Under the pieces are notes generated by a model that was given only the letters and a program-made list of their open reading frames with translations, did not search any database and was not told the origin of the DNA. Source: a virus. Taken from it: a stretch of 64,000 bases of DNA. A program made the position numbers and the translations under genes. The stretch spans positions 1 through 64,000 of the IMG/VR virus record IMGVR_UViG_3300010400_000002. One strand, written 5' to 3'. This document shows, one piece after another, positions 20,865 through 31,000 of the stretch; the first letter of the stretch is position 1, and each line of letters starts with the position of its first letter.

Positions 20865-23800
20865 TTGCCCTTCAAGAAAAATATAGCGACCAACACTTTT
20901 ACCCTTGGAATGCGCCAAGATCGGACGGTATTTGCACAAGATCGTCGCTCTTATCGCTCGGCACTAAATGGTAACATCATTTTCTCCGGGGCTGGTGATG
21001 CACAGTACTGTAATGAACCGGGTACTACACTACTCGATAACTCCGTTCCAGATGGATACTATATTGTAGGCAGCAAAGAAATACGGGATAAAACTGTAAT
21101 CATGTCCACCAATGATACCTTCAGCGAGATTGGATTATTGGAGTTGGATGTGACGGGAACGGTGGCTACCTACACAACTTTATTCAATGATGAATTTGAT
21201 CCCAATGGTGATAAACTAAATTTCGCCTCACAGGATTTTATCTTTCCTGCAGAGTCATGTTTCGAAACCATTGACAAGAACAGGGTCTATTGGCTCGAAC
21301 CGAACAATGAACCCAGGTGCTTCAACACACGGTTAGGAGATCAAGAAGTTTCACCTGAGTTCATTGATGGTTCCTATACTCCGCTTATCGCCACAGGAAA
21401 GTATCCTCATTTTTATTCAGTCCATTCCATGTCACTACAGGCAGATTTTAAAATGGGGAGATTGAAATTAAAAAACACAACGGCGGGAGGCTCATTAAAA
21501 ACTGGGATGTATGAATTGTGTTATCGTCCGGTTACAAGAGATGGATATGCGCCGCCGTGGACTCCATTGACGCGACACTTCTTTGTTACTCTCGACCCTA
21601 CTATTCCTGATCCGCTTACCAACTATCATTACCGTTCTATGTATGCTTCAAATGTGATGACCAACAAAGGTTACACATTTACGATTCATGGTGTAGATAC
21701 ACGGTTCTATCAGTTGGAAGTAGCGTATGTGTATAGCACCGACAAAGATGTAACGCAGGAAGCAAGCATTTTCTACCGTGAAAAAATTGATCCGGCACTC
21801 ACTGATGTTGACGTTGTATTTTCTTCTACTACTGGCATCGCTGTTTCATTCGCTGAATTTAATAGATACATTGTTCCGATTCGAAGAGGTAAGGCAATAG
21901 GGCAAAAAGATAAGCGACTGTGGGTAGGTGCGCCGGAAACTTACGGACCGTTCGAACTGGATTTATCAGGAGTAACAATTGCTCCGTTTATCCGTGAGAT
22001 GACTGTTGACACTCGCGAAGGCGCAACAACATTGCCGCTTACTAATATGAGTCCTACATCGAACGGAACCATTTCTATCGAGTCATATAAAAATAATGTG
22101 GGCGCGGCAGTCAATGAATCGTATGCAGTAATTGATGACTTTCCGAATTACAAAGGAGTACAGGGGGAACATTTACTTGCCTCGTATTGGGGTGGAGAAA
22201 CATATCCCCTATCGGTAGTAGTTTTTGATTTAAAGGGGAATCCATTTTATGCACAGCATATCATTGACTACACTTTTCCTAACCGTTATGACGATCCGTC
22301 GTATCACCTGATGACAACCATTGACGGAAAAATCAATATCATGGGAATGAAAATCTCAGGTATTGATTTGACCGACATATTATATGATGCGGATGGAAAA
22401 TTACAAGTAAGCGGTATTGCGATATGCCGTGGAAAAAGAATTCCGCAAACTCTCTTTCAGGGAGTGATACTTCCGGCAACGATTGAAGATAACCCTGATG
22501 CCACACATCCTATTGAACATACGAGTAACGACTTTCACGGTGCCGGTGCAGGCTTCGCCGATTCACTGAAGTATTGGGGGGGGGCAAGTATAGGGCAACA
22601 GATTAATTCACGTCCCTACACTTCGATGATTTATGCACCTGATATTTTGTTCGGGCGCAACATATATGAAGGAACAAGTCAGGATGACGTGAACGAAGAA
22701 ACCGATCAGCTTGAGTTGGTATCATTGTATGACTGTCCCTTTCAGGATAGCATCTATCCACGCACCATTGACCTGAACCCGGGACTCTCTGGCGGCATTG
22801 ATGGACTCGAAAAATTCTATACCAAGAATTATGAACTCAATGTTGACAACAAAAATTTCGAGTACGGATCAAAGTCACGTATAAAAAGATTACTGACGAT
22901 AGAGACCTTTAAAGAACAGGACACTGAATGGGATCACTACGATCAGGATGACCCTGATTTATTTTTCACCGACGACTCCAACTTCGACCCGCAAGATGCT
23001 TCAGGCTTTCCGAATATGCACTCACGCGGGGTAACATTATCGTGGCTGATTAAGAACAAAGACTTTAAGAATACCACGTACATGCCTTCTGACACGACTG
23101 GAGTAAATATTGACCGTCCCCGTTACTACACCGTCAACTACAAAATCAACAACGAAAAATATTTCACATCGCCTACACAGAAGTCACTTGCTGAACGGTT
23201 GTATATTGGAACCGGACATTTTCAACCTATCAATCAGGATGTGCTCGATGATATTGTAGATAGTGACGGACGCTATATTCTCAATGATGTAGAAGTGTGG
23301 GGCGGTGACTGCTACCCGTGGATTTTTGAATTCGTGCGTAACTATCCTGCATTTAGTGGTGACTGCTCAGAAGGTGACTATGCTATTGCGCACGTAGTAC
23401 CATTAGAAAGTTCGATGAACTTCGCACTGCGCCGTGGCAGAAGTTTCGGTGGTGACGGAATACGTAGTGAGCATGAAGCCTGCAATCCTCCACCTGCAGC
23501 ACAGTACTTTCCTAACGGAATTATGGAAGGGCAACCGGAAGAATTTAATCTCAATTCAGTGGTGATGCACGAAGGCAACGTGCAGATGTTTATTGCAAAA
23601 CCAGAAGTGATAGACCCTGAGATCACGCAATTCGACTATCGGTGGTTGTACAGCAACCTGAAAATATTTGGTGAGATCACCGACCAGTACCGCACATTCC
23701 TTACCAGCAACTACGGGGATATGGAACCCAACTACGGAAGGATTGTAGGACGTGGGTATTTATTCGAACAGATGTATTGTCTGCAGGAACGCGCATTCTC

Positions 23801-24974
23801 TATGTTGCGCATCAATCAGATTCGCGCTATCAGCACTGCCGATGGTGAACCTATAGGTACCGGAGTGACGGAAGTGTGGCAGAAGCCGGATGAAAGGAGC
23901 ACCATACACGGAACGGTTTATCCGTATGGAACTATCAATACCGACAAAGCAATCTATTGGGCTGACTACTACAATAAATGCTTCTGCCGTTTTGCCCAAG
24001 ACGGAGTTACCAATATCAGTGATGACTGTGAGATCAAAGAACTGTCGTATGAGCTTCTGAAATTTTTCGATAGTGAGCAGCCGTTAAGTTTGAGTGGCTA
24101 TCAGCACGTAGCGGCGGGATGGGATAGTGTGCGCAACATGATCTACTGGACTGCGACGGAGCAACATGGGCTTGTGCAGGTGAAGAAAACATTAGCGTAC
24201 AGCGCCAATCCGCACGTACATTCTTTCGTGGCAGAAATGGATTTCTACCCTAAGATTTATCTCAACTGCAAAGGATGGTTACTGGATTCAAGATACATTG
24301 ATGATGGCGGCGATGCTACTACACTGTGGTCACACTACACAGGCGAACGCGGAAAATATCATGGTAGTTACAGGCACACAAAAATTGCGTTCATCGTAAA
24401 TGATGTAGCCAATGTGGACAAACTATTTGATAACTCATGGGCTTCATTCAATCCTGATGCGTACGCGTTGCTTGAAAAACTCACGCTCACTACCGATACG
24501 CAGTCGGCAATCATTACACCTATAAATGGAGATTTACGCAGTGATTACCGCAATCTCATCTTCCGCAATGAAACAGTGGCGCGTCCTGCACCCGACAACT
24601 GCGACTACACAATCAATGTAGGTACACCAACATTTCCGTTGAACAATTTCACTTACGTGAAGAACGGTAATACTGTGGTGATAGCGCAGGTCGTGAATCA
24701 GGTTGCATTGCAGGCATTCTTTGTAGCACAAGGATTTGTTGACACCTATCCGATATTCACAATCACGCAAACACCTGATACGTGGACTTCAATTACATGG
24801 AATGGACTGGTTGCTCCGATACTGTTTACACAGTCTGGTTGCGTGTCACCGATACAAAATCATTTGAGTGGTAAGTACCTGATGACAGAATATGATTTCT
24901 TAAATGCAGACAATAAAATCATTCAGTTCACAAGTTGCGATCAAAGTTTTAGATTGATTCCTAAAGTCAGATAA
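20865..24974 (+). CDS. Tail muzzle / stabilisation protein (P22 gp10-like position)
   Basis: 1369 aa; NTFTLGMRQD...YRSALNG N-terminus, VWGGDCY, IYWADYY; TTG start abutting the previous stop. Confidence 0.75.
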   Translation: MPFKKNIATNTFTLGMRQDRTVFAQDRRSYRSALNGNIIFSGAGDAQYCNEPGTTLLDNSVPDGYYIVGSKEIRDKTVIMSTNDTFSEIGLLELDVTGTVATYTTLFNDEFDPNGDKLNFASQDFIFPAESCFETIDKNRVYWLEPNNEPRCFNTRLGDQEVSPEFIDGSYTPLIATGKYPHFYSVHSMSLQADFKMGRLKLKNTTAGGSLKTGMYELCYRPVTRDGYAPPWTPLTRHFFVTLDPTIPDPLTNYHYRSMYASNVMTNKGYTFTIHGVDTRFYQLEVAYVYSTDKDVTQEASIFYREKIDPALTDVDVVFSSTTGIAVSFAEFNRYIVPIRRGKAIGQKDKRLWVGAPETYGPFELDLSGVTIAPFIREMTVDTREGATTLPLTNMSPTSNGTISIESYKNNVGAAVNESYAVIDDFPNYKGVQGEHLLASYWGGETYPLSVVVFDLKGNPFYAQHIIDYTFPNRYDDPSYHLMTTIDGKINIMGMKISGIDLTDILYDADGKLQVSGIAICRGKRIPQTLFQGVILPATIEDNPDATHPIEHTSNDFHGAGAGFADSLKYWGGASIGQQINSRPYTSMIYAPDILFGRNIYEGTSQDDVNEETDQLELVSLYDCPFQDSIYPRTIDLNPGLSGGIDGLEKFYTKNYELNVDNKNFEYGSKSRIKRLLTIETFKEQDTEWDHYDQDDPDLFFTDDSNFDPQDASGFPNMHSRGVTLSWLIKNKDFKNTTYMPSDTTGVNIDRPRYYTVNYKINNEKYFTSPTQKSLAERLYIGTGHFQPINQDVLDDIVDSDGRYILNDVEVWGGDCYPWIFEFVRNYPAFSGDCSEGDYAIAHVVPLESSMNFALRRGRSFGGDGIRSEHEACNPPPAAQYFPNGIMEGQPEEFNLNSVVMHEGNVQMFIAKPEVIDPEITQFDYRWLYSNLKIFGEITDQYRTFLTSNYGDMEPNYGRIVGRGYLFEQMYCLQERAFSMLRINQIRAISTADGEPIGTGVTEVWQKPDERSTIHGTVYPYGTINTDKAIYWADYYNKCFCRFAQDGVTNISDDCEIKELSYELLKFFDSEQPLSLSGYQHVAAGWDSVRNMIYWTATEQHGLVQVKKTLAYSANPHVHSFVAEMDFYPKIYLNCKGWLLDSRYIDDGGDATTLWSHYTGERGKYHGSYRHTKIAFIVNDVANVDKLFDNSWASFNPDAYALLEKLTLTTDTQSAIITPINGDLRSDYRNLIFRNETVARPAPDNCDYTINVGTPTFPLNNFTYVKNGNTVVIAQVVNQVALQAFFVAQGFVDTYPIFTITQTPDTWTSITWNGLVAPILFTQSGCVSPIQNHLSGKYLMTEYDFLNADNKIIQFTSCDQSFRLIPKVR

Positions 24975-24984
24975 CTTTACTGCG

Positions 24985-26712
24985 ATGCTGTTCAACGAAG
25001 AAGTTCCTGAATCACAGTTTGAAATTGACCCGACATATCTGCCGGAGAATAGAAAGTTTCTTGCTTCTATACTTGGATTCAAGCCAACGGGTGAGCGAAA
25101 TAACTGGGGTAATACGATGCGGTTTCTTCCGGTGCCTCTTCTTCCTCCTGGTAGTGGTGCTATTGCATCAAACATCGCCGCTCGTCAATTAGGAACAAAG
25201 AGTAGTGACTATGGACAGCATGTAAAAGAGAACTTGTCGGGTGATATATCAGGAACATTAGTGGGACAGGGTGCAGGTGCGATAGCAGGAGGCATACTAA
25301 GTGGCAATCCGGCTATGGTAGGTAGCGGTGCTGAAAGTGTTTTATCAAATGTACCTAATGCTTTCAATTTTAAAGACGTGAATCTGAATGGTGATTGGGA
25401 AACAAAATATTATCGCAAAGGTGGCATAATCCATTACGATGAAGGAGGCAAAATCATTATGGTCAACGGCAAAAAACCTTGGTGGGATGGTGGTGAGGAC
25501 ATCGCCATGCTCGACAAAAAGACAGGCGCTCATGTAGGTGATGTTTCCTATGGTGAACGTATAATGGACAAGGGAGCAAATAAAAAGATGAAGGAACTGG
25601 CTGATAAAAAATCATTCTATAAACTGGGTAAGTATATCGCTGATGAAATGGAGACGCAGAATGATACCGATAATGAGACAGAGGAATTTAAAGAAGGTGG
25701 TGAGTTGACCGCAGATAAAGCGAAACTGATTCTCAAAGACGGCACTATAAGAGGAAAGAAAATAACTCCGAAACAAAAAAGATTCTTCGGATTCATTGCA
25801 GGTGGTGGGCATCCTTCTCAATATAAAAGTGGTGGTACTATCGAAGTAAAAAAGTATGATACTGGTGGAGACATTCTTTCTCCTGACGGTGATGTGCAAG
25901 ATATATTGAACAATCAAACAGATCAAAATTTATTCAACCTTGTAAAGCAAAATAATTGGGGAATACCTGCTGGCAAAACCTCAGATGCTCCATCCACACC
26001 TTTCAACTGGGATGAACTTGGCGGACCGGAACAACTATTCAACATAGGTCAATTAATCACAGGAATCACCGGAGCAAATGATAAACTTCCTTCCTATCAT
26101 AAACCCGATGAATGGAATCGCTTTCTTCTCGACCAACGTGCTCGTTCCTTATATGGTATGACCAACGCTGAACGTGCCGATCTGCAACGCATGAATGACC
26201 GCGCACTCACGACAGGATTAAATAATGCAAGAGAGATTTCCGGTGGTAACAGTTCCTTCGCAGTAGGGGAAGCGTCGAAGTTTGCAGGTGACTACATGGA
26301 CAGAGCGTTAAAACTTGCAGTGGCAAACGATAAGATCAAGCAAGACGCTACGGCTCGTTATGGCAATACGCTGATGCACGACATTGCTTATGACAAAGAT
26401 GCTTTCGATCAGAAGTATCAGGAAGCATTAATGAAGAAATCTGCGGCTGCCAAACTTGCACATACAGGATTACAGAATACCATTGACCAAGCTGACTACG
26501 AAAAAAATTATGGAAAAAATTCTGTGAACCAACAGTACTTGCAGGCGCAGTTGGATTTGGTGAAGAAACTTACAGGAATGGATTACAGTCAGTTTGTGAG
26601 GGGATTAATTCCTGATGTTGCAACACCGACAACAGATTCTTTCGGCGCACCTATCGCAACAGAATTTACAGGTGGAAGTAATCAGGATTGGTGGAATAGC
26701 GTAAATCAATAA
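24985..26712 (+). CDS. Cargo/ejection protein
   Basis: Gly-rich hydrophobic segment, five [FY]xxGG motifs, helical C-terminus; follows the muzzle gene. Confidence 0.6.
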   Translation: MLFNEEVPESQFEIDPTYLPENRKFLASILGFKPTGERNNWGNTMRFLPVPLLPPGSGAIASNIAARQLGTKSSDYGQHVKENLSGDISGTLVGQGAGAIAGGILSGNPAMVGSGAESVLSNVPNAFNFKDVNLNGDWETKYYRKGGIIHYDEGGKIIMVNGKKPWWDGGEDIAMLDKKTGAHVGDVSYGERIMDKGANKKMKELADKKSFYKLGKYIADEMETQNDTDNETEEFKEGGELTADKAKLILKDGTIRGKKITPKQKRFFGFIAGGGHPSQYKSGGTIEVKKYDTGGDILSPDGDVQDILNNQTDQNLFNLVKQNNWGIPAGKTSDAPSTPFNWDELGGPEQLFNIGQLITGITGANDKLPSYHKPDEWNRFLLDQRARSLYGMTNAERADLQRMNDRALTTGLNNAREISGGNSSFAVGEASKFAGDYMDRALKLAVANDKIKQDATARYGNTLMHDIAYDKDAFDQKYQEALMKKSAAAKLAHTGLQNTIDQADYEKNYGKNSVNQQYLQAQLDLVKKLTGMDYSQFVRGLIPDVATPTTDSFGAPIATEFTGGSNQDWWNSVNQ

Positions 26713-26713
26713 G

Positions 26714-28045
26714 ATGCCAGATTTTGCTTTGTATGATTCTTTAAATGTTGCTCCTCACTTCGATGTGAGGCGGCGCGATGCTATGGCAAACCTGACTATT
26801 GCCAAGCAGATGAAAGATGATGCCATTGCACAGATGCAGGAGCGCATGAAAGCAATGGCATCAATAAGCGATGCACTCAATGAAACTACCGATGCAGAGA
26901 AAACATTTCTTGATCCCGATGCAGAAAGATTGAAGGCAAAAGAAAATGAGATCAGGAGAAAGAATATCATTGAACCATTACAATCAAATAATAATGATGC
27001 GCTGATGTTTGAGATGAGCGGAGGTGATGCGTTCAAAAAAAAATATCACCGTGAGTTGGTTGGTAGTGAAGAATTCAGGAATGGTGTAGAGAATGCACAG
27101 AACTATAAGTTAGGAGTAGCAGCTACTATGAAAGGAGAAATCCTTTCTCCTGTGGAAGTGGAATTCCCGGGTGGGACAAAACAAACTGTTCCGTGGCATG
27201 ACGCTGTTGACCTCTACAATCAGAAGGTGATTAAAAAACTTCCTTTCAAGTCCAGTGCGCCACTTGCTGAATTCGATCCGCTTGACTTCATGAAATTTGA
27301 AATCCCTGATGCTGACATGAAGCACAAAGGATTTGTGGGACTGAAGTATCTCGCTGATCGGATACAGGCAGGAAATCCGAAACTCAACCTAACTGATGAG
27401 CAGGCGATGGAGCAGGCGAAGTTGTATCAGAATAAAGATGTGCAGGGTGCTTCTATGTTTACGTGGGGAAGGAGGTTGCCACACAGTTCGGGATTAAGTT
27501 CCTTCTATGCAAAGCAGGGTGAGCAGCAGCAAAATACATTGCAACGCTATCAGTATTTAAAGCAGGGAATAAAAACCAATCCTGCATTGATAGGACAGAT
27601 TGTGATGAATCAACCATATAACGGAGGTATCATTACCGGCTTTAAAATTCATCCACAAGGTGTTCCCATTAAAGCAATAGGAACAAATAAAATGTTCACG
27701 CCATCCAGCCCAATTGCCTTGATAGAATACACTACTAAAAATAAACATGGAAATTTCATAAAAGAACAAGACGAGATACGATTAACAAAGGAGAATGATT
27801 ATGGTTTCCAGTTGTTCAACAAACTCGCAAACATTAATCGTGAAGGAACAGCGCAGTTCGTAAATCCTGAAGAACTGAATGCTATCTACCAAAGTGATCC
27901 TGAATATTTTGGTGGTGGAAGTACACCGCAGCAAACAGCAACAAAATCAAATGCTCAATATACAGCCACAATGCCTGATGGCTCATTAATTTATTCTCTT
28001 GATGGTCAAAGTTGGGTAGATGAAAAAGGAAATCCTGTACAATAA
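26714..28045 (+). CDS. Cargo/ejection protein
   Basis: 443-aa helical protein; synteny. Confidence 0.5.
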   Translation: MPDFALYDSLNVAPHFDVRRRDAMANLTIAKQMKDDAIAQMQERMKAMASISDALNETTDAEKTFLDPDAERLKAKENEIRRKNIIEPLQSNNNDALMFEMSGGDAFKKKYHRELVGSEEFRNGVENAQNYKLGVAATMKGEILSPVEVEFPGGTKQTVPWHDAVDLYNQKVIKKLPFKSSAPLAEFDPLDFMKFEIPDADMKHKGFVGLKYLADRIQAGNPKLNLTDEQAMEQAKLYQNKDVQGASMFTWGRRLPHSSGLSSFYAKQGEQQQNTLQRYQYLKQGIKTNPALIGQIVMNQPYNGGIITGFKIHPQGVPIKAIGTNKMFTPSSPIALIEYTTKNKHGNFIKEQDEIRLTKENDYGFQLFNKLANINREGTAQFVNPEELNAIYQSDPEYFGGGSTPQQTATKSNAQYTATMPDGSLIYSLDGQSWVDEKGNPVQ

Positions 28046-31000
28046 TGCCAAATGGACAAGATATAAAATTACCAAAGGGAGCGACACTTGTTACTTCGCC
28101 TCCTGTGTCCGGCATTAAATTACCGAAAGGTGCAACGCTTATAAATAATAAATCCGATGAATCACAAGCGAAAGTGCCGCAAGTGCAAGAAGAAAAAAAT
28201 GGTGTAAATGCGCAACCAACAGACGCTACGGCAGCGAATAGCACTACGGAAGTACCGCAAAAAGAAAATAACAGCATTCCAAAAAATTTGGACAATCACA
28301 TTAAGGCGCTTCAAAATGTTAAACAGAATATTAGCATCTACTCGCAATCAATTCCAAAGAATGCTCCATTAACATTACCTACCAAAGAACAAGAGGCGCA
28401 GATAGAACCTGCAATTGTAGCAAGCGGAGGAAGAAATGCTACAATAGAGGATGATGGAAATATTATTGACTATAGTAAGCCAAACCAAATTACTCAGTGG
28501 GCACAATCGCAACTTGAAAAATTAAATGCGATTCCTGCATTTGATGGAACACCAACCGGAATGGGTATTCCTGATGTTACACCAATTACACCAATTATTG
28601 TTGCTGGTAAAGAAGTTGCAAAATCAATACTTGGAAGTATAAGCGGACTGGGCGAAGGAATTCAGCAGGCAACAAAAGGAAGTGAGGATATAAGAATACC
28701 ATCTTCACAAAATAGATTAGCTGCATTGGAACTTCCGGCAGGATTAGTAAAATCAGGATTTAGCGGATTAAGTTTGGTGGTGCCGCAAGTTGCTGCATTT
28801 AATCTTGGAATACAGGAAGCGGGAAATGTACTTCCTGAAAAATGGGTGCAAGCAGCGATGTCACCCGTGTCAACTATTTTGCAAGAAACACATGGCATAG
28901 TAAACTTCAATGGTAAAATTTATGATCTCGGAAATAGCGATGGAGTAAAGGCTGCTGCTGAATTAACTGACCTTGTATGGGATATATTTTTATTCAAGAA
29001 AGCGGAAGGGTTGGGTAAAAAGATAATTCATAATGAAGTTCTCACTCCTATTGAACAAGCTGAGGCGAATAAGATTATTGATGAAGGTATCAAAGATTTT
29101 GGAACACCATTCAAGAAAGAAACTTTAAATAAAATTCCTCCTGAATTACCGGATGCAGTAAAGATAAAAGTTGCTCCATTGATTGAGGAGAAAGAAAAAA
29201 TAATTGATGGAAAGCAAAATATTGATGTTGGATTACATCAGTTAGAAGATCAAAAAATTGCTGACATCAATGAACAAATAATTGACCACGTTGCGCCACA
29301 ACCATTTACTGTTTCTGAATTTGAAGTTCACCCAAAAGAAAACATCTCTGCTGTTGTTGGTAAAGATGCTGAATACAAAGGAAAGATCGGTGTGATCGAA
29401 AAAGACGATGAAGGCAATTTTGTTTTCAATGATGGCAAACGACAACAGATACTTCCGGTAGAAAATAAAGTAGAGCCGACAGAAACAATTTCCGACTCGG
29501 GATTGACAGTAGCCAAAGAGAAAATTTTCAAAGGAGAAATTCCGGTAATCGTGAAGCAAGGTGATGTTGAATATCGTAACAGGAAATACTTTGTATCGTT
29601 CACCAATGATCCGAAAGATGCAACAGGAACGAGAGTATATGAATATACTAAGGACAAAAATTTACTTCCTGTTGGCAAGCCTAAAAAAGTCAATGAAATA
29701 ATTCAACAGTTCAAAGACGAGAATGGAATTGCAACGAAGCAATCACCATTTGAATTTCCGAAGTCAAAAGAAGGAGAACCAACAATCTCAGAGGGTGACG
29801 GGACTGCTAAAGGGGAGTTGCAAGTTCCGTTATCCTCTGAACCTAAAACGACCGACAATGTTTCCGACAAACCACCAGTGTCAGATGAGCGACAACAGGA
29901 GTCAGCACCAATCGGTGAAGCTCCCAGTGCCGAAACCGTCGTTAGCGAAGAGGTTAAAGCGCCGGAGGAAAAAGTAGATGAAGCCAAACAGTTCGCTATT
30001 GACATGGTGAACAATGATCTTGTTGAGCCAGGGAATACTTCTCGAAGTGAAATGACAATCAAGGGTAGTGGCAAGAAAGCAAGTGCGAACATCGAACCAC
30101 GACTTGACTTAGGAATGAGTAGTGCCGATAAGAACAAAGCTATTGCTGACATCAAAAAAGGAAACTACGAAACAGCACCAGCTAAGAAGTTAATTCAAAA
30201 GTTAAGTGAGTTCCATAAGAATGATGCGTTTGAGATGATACGCGGAACGGGTGGTAATGCTGATCGGTTTATGGAACTGACGCTCGAAGAAATGCGTCAT
30301 CAGATTGAGGACATGAAAGAATTCAAGGCAGCCGAAGCCATGAAGGGAATACCGGATGAAGAAGCGCAGGCGATAGAAGATTTTGTCAGACCTTTTGAAG
30401 ATGAGCATGGAAACATTAATTTTGAGGAAGCGATAAAACATCTTGATGAAATCGGATGGACATTACCTGAAGGACATGAGGAAAGAATTTCGGACTTAAT
30501 CAAAAAAATAAAAGATGAAACAGGAAAGCGAGAAGTCCAAAAAGGCGAAGCAAATTCTTCTGGGTCTGTTAGCAGCGAAGCGCCGGAAGGAGTCATCAAA
30601 GATGAAAAGCCCCGCACAAGAGAACAAATCCTCCAAGAGTTAGAGCAGGCTAAAGCGGAGCACGCTACCGCAGAGAGTGACTACAACAAAGCCAAAGATG
30701 CTCTCGACAAAAATCTACAAGGCAAGCAGGGTGATTTACTACAAGGTAATGAGCAGAAGTTGTTTGATGACACTTCTGAAATGAAGTCCAAAGCGGATGC
30801 AGCTAAGAAAACTCTTGACGCTGCAAAAGAAAAACTCGATGCCGCACAGAAGTTGGCTGATGATAATTTACCAGGGCAACAGGAGATACTTAGTCTTTCA
30901 CATGGACTCACCCCTGAGCAAATAAATGAAAGTGCCCAATTCGTTGTTAAGTTTGAACGGGATGAATTACCTACCGATATAAAACTTGCAAAAGAACAAC

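Noticed and set aside
24985-25041. Possible self-target: gapped decode of array unit 48056-48160 partly resembles the start of the cargo gene (MLFNEEVPESQFEIDP)
   Set aside because: Only about 23 of 38 informative bases match, which is plausible by chance across six units and both strands of 64 kb. No convincing self-target was seen by eye.
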